Numbered from the stretch's first letter, positions 19,577 to 28,690 are shown. The stretch is DNA of 64,000 nt from Verrucomicrobiia bacterium (GCA_033764445.1 JANRIZ010000058.1:178-64177); one strand, 5' to 3'. Translations and numbers: made by a program. The notes: generated from the letters alone by a model not told the origin.

Positions 19577-20151
19577 AGTTCGGGCCTCATCGCAGAGACG
19601 CTGTTGGTGAAGTTTTTATTCTTGTTGCTCCAATAAACATCCACGTTGATCCGGTAAAATCTCTGCTGGTCAACCGCAGCGGGGGATACCCCGGCCAGAT
19701 TCGTAAAGGATCTGTTCCGAGTGACGGGAGACACTGTAATCCGGGTCAGATAGGCCAGCACGGCGTCCTCCGTGGCCCGGGAATAGGTGACCGCTCCGGT
19801 GGCCGTGCCGTTCTGATAGCCCATCTGGATGTCAAACTGTCGTGTGGCGGCATTGGTCAGGGAGGATTGGGAATTGGTGTTGGCGGTGGTGGTAATTCTC
19901 AATCCACTGTAATTGAAATTGACATAGGTGGCCGTGGGATTGTTGCGGAGTTCGTCGATGTTGACGGCCATCGCCCGCTCAAGGTGTTCCTGAGCCACCC
20001 GCTGTGCGCCGGTATTGTAGGCGGCATGGACCGAGGCTTTCTGAAGAAAGACAAAACCTGAAAAAACACCCAGGATTCCAATCGCGCATACCCCCATGGC
20101 AATCAGCATTTCTGCCAAGGTGAACGCATCCGGACGACGAATTGCTTCCAT
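19573..20151 (-). CDS. Prepilin-type N-methylation domain protein (PilV-like)
   Basis: DA|FTLAEMLIAMGV motif; C-terminal RINVDVYW; 4-nt overlap with the next gene. Confidence 0.8.
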   Translation of the reverse strand: MEAIRRPDAFTLAEMLIAMGVCAIGILGVFSGFVFLQKASVHAAYNTGAQRVAQEHLERAMAVNIDELRNNPTATYVNFNYSGLRITTTANTNSQSSLTNAATRQFDIQMGYQNGTATGAVTYSRATEDAVLAYLTRITVSPVTRNRSFTNLAGVSPAAVDQQRFYRINVDVYWSNKNKNFTNSVSAMRPEL

Positions 20152-20160
20152 AATGACTTT

Positions 20161-20188
20161 ATACTAATTTTTATTTTACAAATGTCAA
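20161..20188 (-). promoter_or_regulatory. Sigma70-like promoter for the pilin cluster
   Basis: Minus strand TTGACA (20188-20183), N16, TAGTAT (20166-20161), 9 nt before ATG 20151, in a very AT-rich gap. Confidence 0.6.
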
Positions 20189-20325
20189 CACTGAATAGTG
20201 TACACATACTATAATATAATATTAAACATCTAATATACAATAGATTACAATAAAGAAATAAAAAATGATTGTAGTCAATTACGCTACAATAAAAAAATGA
20301 AATAATAGTGCTTTAGAGACTATGT

Positions 20326-21417
20326 TTAAATGGGCAGCACTATTTTTGGACTTACATGAAAGGTCCGCGTTGCAGGGCCTCCCGCAAGTGCGCGCAGGCA
20401 GTCGAGCATCGCAGAGGCAACATCGGAAATGTTGAATTCACTCCGCACCATCCGCTCCTCCTCCCCGTACAACGTGGGCGACCCCCGGAATGACAGAGTG
20501 GCGATGAAAACATCCTTTCCCGGACTGACCCCTCCCGCCCGAAGACCCGCCAAAAAACCTTTCGTCACCAGGTCATCCAAAATCACCACTCCCGGGCGGC
20601 GTTCCATCACCCTCGGCGATGCCAAAAAAGTCTCCGCCACAGCCCGCCCATACGTTTCAAAATAATTGTGGACGGACCCTCCCTCATCCCGCGCCGCCAG
20701 AATCTGCCCCACTCCCGCTTCCAATCCGTGAAGTCGGCAGCTTTCCGCCAGGGTCCCATAAAAAAGATTGCCCTCGCTCACCCGCTGGTCTGTCACAGGA
20801 ACCAGCCAAACGCTTTGTGCCCCACCCGTCACCAATCCGCCGACTCCCTGTCGGATGACTTCCTGCATGTCCAGGGAAACCTCGCCCGGTCTTGGCTCCC
20901 CAAATTTAACACTCACAAAGGGCAGGGTCCGGGATCGAAACCACGCCTCGGTCTGCGGCGTGGCGATGGATCCCATGATGATTCCCGTGATTTTCCCCAG
21001 AGCCATCTGGCTCTCGAACATCTCCTGCTGGTGCCGGTTGGCCCCGGCAGGATCAAAATCGGGGATGTTGAAAAAGTTCAGGACCGGCAGGCCCCGCTCC
21101 CCGGCCAGGATTTGAAGGTTGAGCATGAGCATGCTGTACAAAGGCAGCCGCCCCCCGGCGGTGGACATGTCCGCCTGGATCAACGCCACAAACTTCGAAT
21201 GCGCCCACTCGGTGATGAAGGTCCCGCGCCCCTGCTGGCGCACCACCATGCCGCTGCCTTCCAGCTCCATCATCACCCGGTCGATGGTGTTCTGTGTCAC
21301 CCCATGGATCCGGGTGATCTCATTGTAGCTGGGCATCAGATCCCCCGCCCGATGCTCCCCGATGTATTGGAGCAACGCCTCCCGCAGGAGCACATATTTG
21401 GGAACGGGGTTGTTCAT
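20326..21417 (-). CDS. GntR-family regulator with LacI/periplasmic-binding-type sensor domain
   Basis: PKYVLLREAL..GDLMPS..VTQNTIDRVMMELEGSGMVVRQQGRGTF winged HTH; C-terminal DDLVTKG..GVSPGKDV. Confidence 0.85.
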   Translation of the reverse strand: MNNPVPKYVLLREALLQYIGEHRAGDLMPSYNEITRIHGVTQNTIDRVMMELEGSGMVVRQQGRGTFITEWAHSKFVALIQADMSTAGGRLPLYSMLMLNLQILAGERGLPVLNFFNIPDFDPAGANRHQQEMFESQMALGKITGIIMGSIATPQTEAWFRSRTLPFVSVKFGEPRPGEVSLDMQEVIRQGVGGLVTGGAQSVWLVPVTDQRVSEGNLFYGTLAESCRLHGLEAGVGQILAARDEGGSVHNYFETYGRAVAETFLASPRVMERRPGVVILDDLVTKGFLAGLRAGGVSPGKDVFIATLSFRGSPTLYGEEERMVRSEFNISDVASAMLDCLRALAGGPATRTFHVSPKIVLPI

Positions 21418-21479
21418 GACTTGCCATTCAAAAGCCCTGTACAAAGCACCACCGGTGGCGGTGGAATCGGTTCCTCCGG

Positions 21480-22499
21480 TCAGAACATCTTGATATAGGC
21501 CTTTTCCTTGAGCTTATCAATCCATTGCCTCTGAAGCTCAAGTCTTTCCTCCTGGACCAGTTCCCCCTCGATCCGGTCCCGGACACTTTTCAAAGGCAAC
21601 AATTCCCCCTTGCGATAATCATAACATTGCATGATGTAATACCCCTCGTCGGTCACCACAATCGGACTGACCTGCCCGGGCCGCAACTTGAAGGCCACGG
21701 CCGCCAGCTCATCGCGCAGAGTTTCGTTGTCGATCCAGCCCCAGTCCCCCCCGGATTCCCGCTTGGGCTCCTCCGAATACGCCCGGGCCAGATTCGAAAA
21801 ATCCGACCCGGTGTTCAGCTTCTTGAGAACTTCCCGCGCCAGTTTGAGCTGCGGATCCATCTCATATTCCTTGCCGGCATCATCGACGTACTTTTCCTTG
21901 AATATCCCCTTGCGGAAAAATATCATCCTCAGACGGATCTGGTCCTCGCGGTAAAACTTGTCCATGTTCTTCTGGTAGTAGGTCTCTATCTTGAAGGGGG
22001 AAATGACGATCTCACTGTTGACGTTGCGCTGACGCATGTATTGGACAATCACATTGTCCTTCAAATCCCGCCGATACTCCTGCAGGGTCATTTTCTGAGC
22101 CTCCATGGTCTTGATGAAGGCGGAACGGTTCCCATCAAACTGGGTCTTGATGATCTCCTCCATACGCTGATCCACGATCCGTTCGGGCATGACCATCCCC
22201 TGCTTCTCAAAATCCTGCAGAATCAGCTGGCGCTCAATCAACGCATTCAGGGCCTCCAGCCGCAGGGCCTTGATGCGTTTGACCAGTTCCTCCGGATTGC
22301 CCTGCAACGCCTCCCGCAAGGCCTTTTCCTGGGGCTCCACCTGGGTCTTGACCTGTGAGAAGGTGATGACTTTGTCGTTGACGATCGCGGCGATCCCATC
22401 GACGACATCCTGGGCCAGACTCTGGGGGGCCAGAACCATCAGAATGGCCAGCAAGACTCCCATCCCAAAAAATTGCCTGTGCGCCAGTCGTGTTTTCAT
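21480..22499 (-). CDS. SurA-like periplasmic chaperone / parvulin PPIase
   Basis: Signal peptide, VVDGIAAIVNDKVIT, FSNLARAYSE..SGGDWGW, GQVSPIV. Confidence 0.88.
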   Translation of the reverse strand: MKTRLAHRQFFGMGVLLAILMVLAPQSLAQDVVDGIAAIVNDKVITFSQVKTQVEPQEKALREALQGNPEELVKRIKALRLEALNALIERQLILQDFEKQGMVMPERIVDQRMEEIIKTQFDGNRSAFIKTMEAQKMTLQEYRRDLKDNVIVQYMRQRNVNSEIVISPFKIETYYQKNMDKFYREDQIRLRMIFFRKGIFKEKYVDDAGKEYEMDPQLKLAREVLKKLNTGSDFSNLARAYSEEPKRESGGDWGWIDNETLRDELAAVAFKLRPGQVSPIVVTDEGYYIMQCYDYRKGELLPLKSVRDRIEGELVQEERLELQRQWIDKLKEKAYIKMF

Positions 22500-22536
22500 G
22501 GTGTTTTACGAAAATTCCTCTTCCAGTCCGTTTAAC

Positions 22537-25500
22537 TCAAAAGGATTCCAAAAGTTTTATCAGTTCCAGCAGCTTATCTTTGGCTTTCTCACCAGTCAAT
22601 CGCGGAAAACGGCCCCCCACCATCACAAAATCAGACCTCTTTTTGGCCACCACCTTTCCCTCCTTGACCTCCAGCTCCACCAACCCCTTCTGGGAACTGA
22701 GGATTTTCACCTCTGTCAGCAAAAGCAGGAGATCCATCGCCGGAGGCATTTTCCCATACCGGTCCCGCCATTGAACCCGCAACACCTCGAGTTCCTCCCG
22801 ATTGGAGGCCTCCGCCAAACGCCGGTAGGCGGCCACACGCTCGGCGGTCTGGTCCATGTACCGTCTCGGAATCCAGGCCGGCTCCCTCGGCGCCCCATCT
22901 GAATTTCCCTCCCCTGCCCCATGGTGTTTGCCCTGTTCTTGGCATGAGGCTCCCTCCTTTGGAATCTGGAATTTGGAATCTGGCATTTCATACTCCGTGG
23001 TGCTCAGAAAATCCAGCCTCACGGAAACCTCCCGCCTCAGCGGGGCCCGCTCGCCCTTGAGCTGCGCAATGGTGGCCTTGAGGAGGTGACAGTACAGATC
23101 GAAACCGATGGCGGAAATGTGTCCGCTCTGCTCGGTGCCCAGAATGTTCCCGGCCCCGCGAATCTCCAGGTCCCGCATCGCGATCTTGAACCCGGCCCCC
23201 AGCTGGCTGTACTGCTTGATGGCACTGACCCTCTTGCGCGCATTTTGCTGAAGCATCAGGTGGCGGGGCAGAAGCAGATACGCGTAGGCCTTGTGATCGG
23301 ACCGGCCGACTCTCCCCCGCAGCTGGTACAGGTCGGCCAGACCGAACCGGTCGGCACGGTCGATGATCATGGTGTTGGCATTGGGGATGTCCAGTCCGCT
23401 TTCGATGATGGTGGTGCTGATGAGCACATCGGACCGGCCCCCGATGAAATGGGCCATGACCGTTTCCAGCTCCTCCTCATCCATCTGTCCGTGGCCGACA
23501 TCGACCTTCGCCCGGGGCACCAGTTCCTTGATCCGGTCCCGGACCTTCAAAATGGATTCCACCCGGTTGTGCAGAAAATAGACCTGGCCATTCCGGGCCA
23601 GTTCCCGCTCGATGGCCGACCGGATCAGCCGCTCATCATATGCGGCCACGACGGTTTCCACGGGGACGCGGTTGCGCGGCGGGGTTTCAATCAGGCTCAT
23701 GTCCCGCGCGCCGGAAAGTGACAGGTACAGGGTCCGCGGAATGGGGGTGGCCGAGAGGGTCATCATGTCCACGAGGCGGAACCGTTCCTTGAACTTTTCC
23801 TTCTGCCTGACGCCGAACCGCTGTTCCTCGTCGACGACCACCAGTCCGAGGTCCTTGAACTTCACGTCGCCGGAAATGAGCCGGTGGGTGCCGACCACGA
23901 CATCGGCCTGCCCGCCGACCAGGGCGGCCAGGGTCTCCTTTTGCTGACGCGCACTGCGATAGCGGTTGAGCACCTCCACGCGGAGCGGATAGTCGGCGAA
24001 CCGTTCCACCAATGTCCGGTAATGCTGCTGGGCCAGGACGGTGGTGGGGGCGAGCAGGGCGGCCTGTTTGCCCTCCATCACACATTTGAAAATCGCCCGG
24101 ATGGCCACCTCGGTCTTGCCAAACCCCACATCCCCACACACGAGCCGGTCCATGGGGCGGAGCGATTCCATGTCCCGTTTTGTCTCAATGATCGCCCGTT
24201 CCTGATCGGGGGTTTCCTCGTACAGGAACGAATCCTCAAACTCGCGCATCCACTTGCCGTCGGTCCCGAAGGCATGACCCCGGTCGGTCTCCCGCTGGGC
24301 ATGGATTTTCAAAAGCTGCGCGGCGTAGTCCATCACAGAACGCTGCGCGGAGGTCCGCGCCCGCTCCCATCGGGTGCCCCCCAGGACATCGAGGGCGGGG
24401 GAACGCCGGCCCACTCCGACGTATTTGGTCACCAGATACGCCTGTTCCAGCGGGACAAACAGCCGCGCATTCTCGGCAAAAATCACCACCAGCACCTCCT
24501 CCTCCCGTCCGTCCACGGGCATCTTTTGCAGGCCGCCATACAGACCGATGCCGTGCTGGAGATGCACAACGGTGTCGCCCTCCTGCAATTCGCTGAAGTC
24601 CAGGGCCGAACTGTGTGCCCGCAGTTTGGTCAGCCGCTCCTCCCGACGGAGCCGACGCACGGTCTGGTACCGTCCGAAAATCTCGGAATCGGTCAGAACA
24701 ACCTGCCTCCCGGCGGGAAACACAAACCCGTGCAGGACGGAGGCCACCTCAAAATGCACATTGACCCATCCCTTGCCGGAGTGTGTGGATTTCTGATTTT
24801 CGTTTTCTGATTCTGGATCGTTGTTTGGAATTTGGAATTTGGAATCCGGAATCCTGAACACCCCGGCCTCCTCCAGGATTTCCGAAAGTCTCCGCAATTC
24901 GCCTTCGTTGTTCCCAAAAAGATGGATGGTCCACCCTTCCCCGCACCATTGGCGGAATTGTTCCAGGAACACCGCCCGGCGTCTCTCCTGCACCACAATG
25001 TCCCCGGCGCCTTCGGCCTGGAAATCATGTCCGAAAAAATGATGGACGCCCTCCTCGACCGGATCCCCATGGGCGCTGGCTTCAAAATGCTCGTCCTCCC
25101 CGCCCACCCCCAGGGCGGCGGATATCAGGGGTTGCCCGGAAAGAAACACGGGGCCACGGATTTTCCTTTCCGCAATCCGCACCTGCCCCTCAAAATCAAT
25201 CTCCCCCACCTCATCAACGACCAGCAGGGTCCCCTCGGGCAGATAGTCGAGCAGCGTGGCCACGGCCTGCCCGGGGGCATCACTGAGAACGCTCAACAGG
25301 TGTGTCTCGCGGATCTCCCGTGCGGAAATCTGGGTGTCCACATCAAATTCCCGGATGGATTCGATGTAGTCCCCATCGAATTCCAGACGGACCGGATTCA
25401 CGGCGTTGTAGGGGAAGACATCCAGAATCCCGCCACGGCGGGCGATCTGCCCATGCAGCCCCGCGCGGGTGACGGCTTCATATCCGCCCGCCACCAGGCA

Positions 25501-26025
25501 GCCCATCAGCTCTTCCATGCTCACGGGGTCGCCGGTTTTGAGTGTCCGCATGCCAGAGGCAATCTGGTCGAGTCGCGCCAGTTTCTGGAAAAATCCGCGA
25601 TGGGTGGCCACAATGATCCCGTTCTGCCGCAGGTTCCCGGCACTGAGTCGGGTCAGTAACAGGAGCCGTTCGGCCACGGTCCCGGGATCGGTGACCACCT
25701 GCTCGTCCTCCAATTCCTCGATCTCGGGGAAAAACATCACCTCCACACCCGGCAGGCTCCGCTCCACAAAGGCCTGCAGGTCGGAATAATACGCCTCCTG
25801 CCGACGGATGTCGGGAACAACCAGGCACAGGGGGCCGGGGGAATTCACGCCCAGGGCGGCCACCACGGCGGGTTTGGCGGCATCCACGAGCCCGCTCAGG
25901 ACATGGGCCCTCCCTTCCCCGATCTGTTCCAGTGCGTCCGAAACAGGCGGGGTTGTTCCGATCAGCTCAAAAAGCTTTCTGATACTTTCAACAACCAATC
26001 CCGTACTTTTATCCCTTCCTGACAC
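22537..26025 (-). CDS. mfd: Transcription-repair coupling factor (with two repeat-derived in-frame insertions)
   Basis: RGGILDVFP, VVHLQHGIG, MDRLVCGDVGFGKTEVA, DEEQRFGV, SATPIPRTL, QLRGRVGRS, DLEIRGAGNILG. Confidence 0.96.
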   Translation of the reverse strand: MSGRDKSTGLVVESIRKLFELIGTTPPVSDALEQIGEGRAHVLSGLVDAAKPAVVAALGVNSPGPLCLVVPDIRRQEAYYSDLQAFVERSLPGVEVMFFPEIEELEDEQVVTDPGTVAERLLLLTRLSAGNLRQNGIIVATHRGFFQKLARLDQIASGMRTLKTGDPVSMEELMGCLVAGGYEAVTRAGLHGQIARRGGILDVFPYNAVNPVRLEFDGDYIESIREFDVDTQISAREIRETHLLSVLSDAPGQAVATLLDYLPEGTLLVVDEVGEIDFEGQVRIAERKIRGPVFLSGQPLISAALGVGGEDEHFEASAHGDPVEEGVHHFFGHDFQAEGAGDIVVQERRRAVFLEQFRQWCGEGWTIHLFGNNEGELRRLSEILEEAGVFRIPDSKFQIPNNDPESENENQKSTHSGKGWVNVHFEVASVLHGFVFPAGRQVVLTDSEIFGRYQTVRRLRREERLTKLRAHSSALDFSELQEGDTVVHLQHGIGLYGGLQKMPVDGREEEVLVVIFAENARLFVPLEQAYLVTKYVGVGRRSPALDVLGGTRWERARTSAQRSVMDYAAQLLKIHAQRETDRGHAFGTDGKWMREFEDSFLYEETPDQERAIIETKRDMESLRPMDRLVCGDVGFGKTEVAIRAIFKCVMEGKQAALLAPTTVLAQQHYRTLVERFADYPLRVEVLNRYRSARQQKETLAALVGGQADVVVGTHRLISGDVKFKDLGLVVVDEEQRFGVRQKEKFKERFRLVDMMTLSATPIPRTLYLSLSGARDMSLIETPPRNRVPVETVVAAYDERLIRSAIERELARNGQVYFLHNRVESILKVRDRIKELVPRAKVDVGHGQMDEEELETVMAHFIGGRSDVLISTTIIESGLDIPNANTMIIDRADRFGLADLYQLRGRVGRSDHKAYAYLLLPRHLMLQQNARKRVSAIKQYSQLGAGFKIAMRDLEIRGAGNILGTEQSGHISAIGFDLYCHLLKATIAQLKGERAPLRREVSVRLDFLSTTEYEMPDSKFQIPKEGASCQEQGKHHGAGEGNSDGAPREPAWIPRRYMDQTAERVAAYRRLAEASNREELEVLRVQWRDRYGKMPPAMDLLLLLTEVKILSSQKGLVELEVKEGKVVAKKRSDFVMVGGRFPRLTGEKAKDKLLELIKLLESF
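22958..22992. repeat. Heptamer tract inside mfd (tttggaa tctggaa tttggaa tctggca tttcata)
   Basis: Minus strand encodes MPDSKFQIPK. Confidence 0.85.
24788..24858. repeat. Heptamer tract inside mfd (tttggaa x3, tccggaa, tcctgaa, preceded by degenerate gatttct-like units)
   Basis: Minus strand encodes FRIPDSKFQIPNNDPESENENQKS. Confidence 0.85.
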
Positions 26026-26189
26026 ACTTGGCGACAGGAAAAACAGGGAGTGTCTCCCCTATGGTAAATCCTCGTCCCCTCATGGGTGGTACCCGTTCTG
26101 AACTCGCGAACTCCGACATCCGTCGCGGGCAGGTGCTTTCGGAGCCAATCAAGAAAGGGGGCCCGGAGGTCCCACGCCACCATGGGAAG

Positions 26190-26219
26190 GTTGAGCGTGC
26201 GGCGTTGTGAGTTGAGCGT
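26190..26219. repeat. Heptamer tract gttgagc gtgcggc gttgtga gttgagc, inverted relative to the caacgcc tract at 26238-26272
   Basis: Read directly. Confidence 0.6.
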
Positions 26220-26237
26220 GCGAAAATCAATTCTCGG

Positions 26238-26366
26238 AACGCCCAACGCCCAACCCTGAACACTCAACGCAACACGGGCGGCATCCGCCTTCGCCGAGGC
26301 TTCGGCCTGAAAGACCCAATCTCTGCGGGTATCAGGCGACAGGGCGGCGGCGTGGCCGTTCGCCCT
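26238..26366. repeat. ~130-bp structured direct repeat, copy 1
   Basis: aacgcccaacgcccaaccctgaacactcaacgcaacacgggcggcatccgccttcgccgaggcttcggcctgaaagaccc...gacagggcggcggcgtggccgttcgccct; near-identical to 27247-27380. Confidence 0.9.
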
Positions 26367-26471
26367 GCAGAGGCACACTTGCAATTTCCCCGCCGGCAAC
26401 CGGCGACTGGGAACTCTCCCGACTTCCAGAGTGGGATGAAAAGGGAGAGGCAATGCCCTTGGAATGAACTC

Positions 26472-26959
26472 TCATTCCCCGACAAGTGCTAACGCCCGGT
26501 CCATGGTCGCACGGGAAAGATACAGGCCATGGATCAGAAACTCCTCAAGCACGGGTCTTGCCAGAGGGATGTAACTCTGTTTTTTGGCGCGTAAAATGAT
26601 CCCCAATGTTCCACTGACGGACAGGCCATGGGATAAAGCGCACTTGCGCCCGGCATAATCATCAATGATGACAGGGAGTTTTCCTGAATTGATCCCCAAT
26701 GCAATGACAGACGTCTCTCCTTGGCCAAGTCCCCATTCAATGATGCCAGGTGGAATCGAATGGAGATCGACAATTTTCAGCCAGATTTCATCCGTCAGAG
26801 TTTTTGCCGTCACATCATTTTGTCCCCGCACCAGGATTTCAGCGGAAACCTGACGAGGGACAAGTATCTGGTGGCATACCATTTGAGAATATCAAGTCGC
26901 CTTGCTTTGGAGAAAAAGATCAGAGGGGAAGCGTTGATGACCCAACGGGGACTATCCAC
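26472..26959 (-). pseudogene. DUF3368-type PIN-domain toxin, frameshifted by one base near 26882-26884
   Basis: GTG 26959 gives MDSPRWVINASPLIFFSKARRLDILK; the rest (MVCHQILVP...LGQGE..IIDD..GR..GTLGIILRAK) is in another frame, 77 nt downstream rather than 78. Confidence 0.75.
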
Positions 26960-27203
26960 GACTCAGTTCCTTCTCAAGATCATGAAAATCAACAATAAAC
27001 GAATCAATGCCCATCCGCGCCAGTGCCATTAAGAAATCTGTGCGATCCATCCCCGCCAAAGTGGCGGCAACCTCCTGAGAGATGCGCCCCTGGGAATACC
27101 ACAGGACTGCGGCAGCCAATACCAACTGCTTGGATAAATGCACCGGGTCCTCGCGAGTGGCGGAGAAGACAGAGTCGGGTAGCTCCAAGGTCAATTTGGT
27201 CAT
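26952..27203 (-). CDS. UPF0175-family antitoxin
   Basis: 83 aa; LAAAVLWYSQGRISQEVAATLAGMDRTDFLMALARMGI; overlaps the toxin start. Confidence 0.85.
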   Translation of the reverse strand: MTKLTLELPDSVFSATREDPVHLSKQLVLAAAVLWYSQGRISQEVAATLAGMDRTDFLMALARMGIDSFIVDFHDLEKELSRG

Positions 27204-27246
27204 GCTGGTTCTTTTATCATATTTCGATCAAAACACAATATTGATC

Positions 27247-27380
27247 AACGTCCAACGCCCAACCCTGGACACTCAACGCAACATGGGCGGCATCCGCCTT
27301 CGCCGAGGCTTCGGCCTGAAAGACCCGATCTCCGGGCGGGTCTCAGGGGACAGGGCGGCGGCGGCGTGGCCGTTCGCCCT
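27247..27380. repeat. ~130-bp structured direct repeat, copy 2
   Basis: Near-identical to 26238-26366; ends on the stop codon of the PfkB gene. Confidence 0.9.
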
Positions 27381-28509
27381 AAAGGGTCTGGAGGAATTTG
27401 ATCAGCTCGTCAACGGTCGGGCTCTTGGCGTTGCGCACGTAGAAGCCGGAGGTGGCCACGCCGCATTGGAGCGAACGCGCCAGCTTGAAGCCATTGATGT
27501 AGCCGAGGCAGAAGCCGGCATTGAAGTTGTCCCCGGCCCCGGTCGTCGTCAGGGGTTTGGCGGTGTAGGGTCCGTCCACATGCATGGCTTCCTCCGCCGA
27601 GGCGGCGGCGGCGTGGTCGGTCGGATGCACCACCACTACGCTGATGCCGAGTTTTTCACGGATTTTGACGGCCATGTCCACACTCAGGGCCTGTTTTTTG
27701 CCCGTCGGCTTCAGGCCCAGCACGGCACAGGTCTGTTCGGCCTCGCTGAGGTTCAGGCCGAGAACGGTGTTGAAATGCGGCTCAAATTTCCCGATCAGGC
27801 CCAGGGCGGTCTTCAGGTCCTCCCTGGTCCGTTTGCCGGGGTCGGCGAGATCAAAAAACACCGTGCGCCGTTCCCCCTTCATCGCGGGGGCGATCTCCTT
27901 GAGGAAACTCTTCCAGATTTCGGTCATGTGGGGAAGCATGGTCCAGTTGACCAGACCGATGAACTTCGCATCGGCAAAGGTCTTGGTCAGGGCCGGCAGG
28001 GCGATTTTTTTGGTGATATTGGCCCAGCTGACCTGCCCGAGGGTCTCGTGTTTGCCGCACATGATCTTGCCGTCATCGAATTCCAGCGCATCCGTCACGC
28101 CGGGGTCGGCAATGGAGATGACCTTGGCGCGTTTGGCAAACTCGCGAAAAACGGGGTGCAGGTCGGCGGAGGCCCCCAGGATCCCGATATAGGTGATGGG
28201 CATGCTGAAGGAGACCATTGCATTGGCCATGATCGGCCCGTTGCCACCCAGCTTGTTGTTGACGGTCACAAACTCCACATTGGTGCTCTTGCCCGCGGCA
28301 TCCCCGAGGCGCTTGGCGTAGGCCTTGATGGTCGGCACCTTCTCATACGCGGTGGCGGATGTGCGCTTGTCCACCACGTGGATGATGTTGTCCACAAACC
28401 CGTCAAAACCCACCACCCCGGGCACCCGGCGGATTTTGGACTTCGAGCTGACGAGGGCTTCGGCGGTTTGGCGGATGACTTGCTTGGGATTGAGGGTCGT
28501 GATGTTCAT
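27379..28509 (-). CDS. PfkB/ribokinase-family carbohydrate kinase
   Basis: KLGGNGPIMANA and TTGAGDNFNAGF signatures; start placed at ATG 28509. Confidence 0.85.
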   Translation of the reverse strand: MNITTLNPKQVIRQTAEALVSSKSKIRRVPGVVGFDGFVDNIIHVVDKRTSATAYEKVPTIKAYAKRLGDAAGKSTNVEFVTVNNKLGGNGPIMANAMVSFSMPITYIGILGASADLHPVFREFAKRAKVISIADPGVTDALEFDDGKIMCGKHETLGQVSWANITKKIALPALTKTFADAKFIGLVNWTMLPHMTEIWKSFLKEIAPAMKGERRTVFFDLADPGKRTREDLKTALGLIGKFEPHFNTVLGLNLSEAEQTCAVLGLKPTGKKQALSVDMAVKIREKLGISVVVVHPTDHAAAASAEEAMHVDGPYTAKPLTTTGAGDNFNAGFCLGYINGFKLARSLQCGVATSGFYVRNAKSPTVDELIKFLQTL

Positions 28510-28690
28510 ATAAATAAAAGAGAGAATTAAGAGCGCGCGGTTATAATGAAAAAACGGAATATTGGAAAGCCTTAATTGTGGTTCTTTCCCACAACCCCCT
28601 TTCCGCACCCTGTCCCGGGAAAGCAAAATTAATCATTGACGCCCGCTTGGGACGTGACATCCGGGCGGCTTTCTGGGATGTAATCCGGCC

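Noticed and set aside
26238-27380. Possible CRISPR array or IS element
   Set aside because: Only two ~130-bp copies about 1 kb apart, no spacers, cas genes, transposase or terminal inverted repeats
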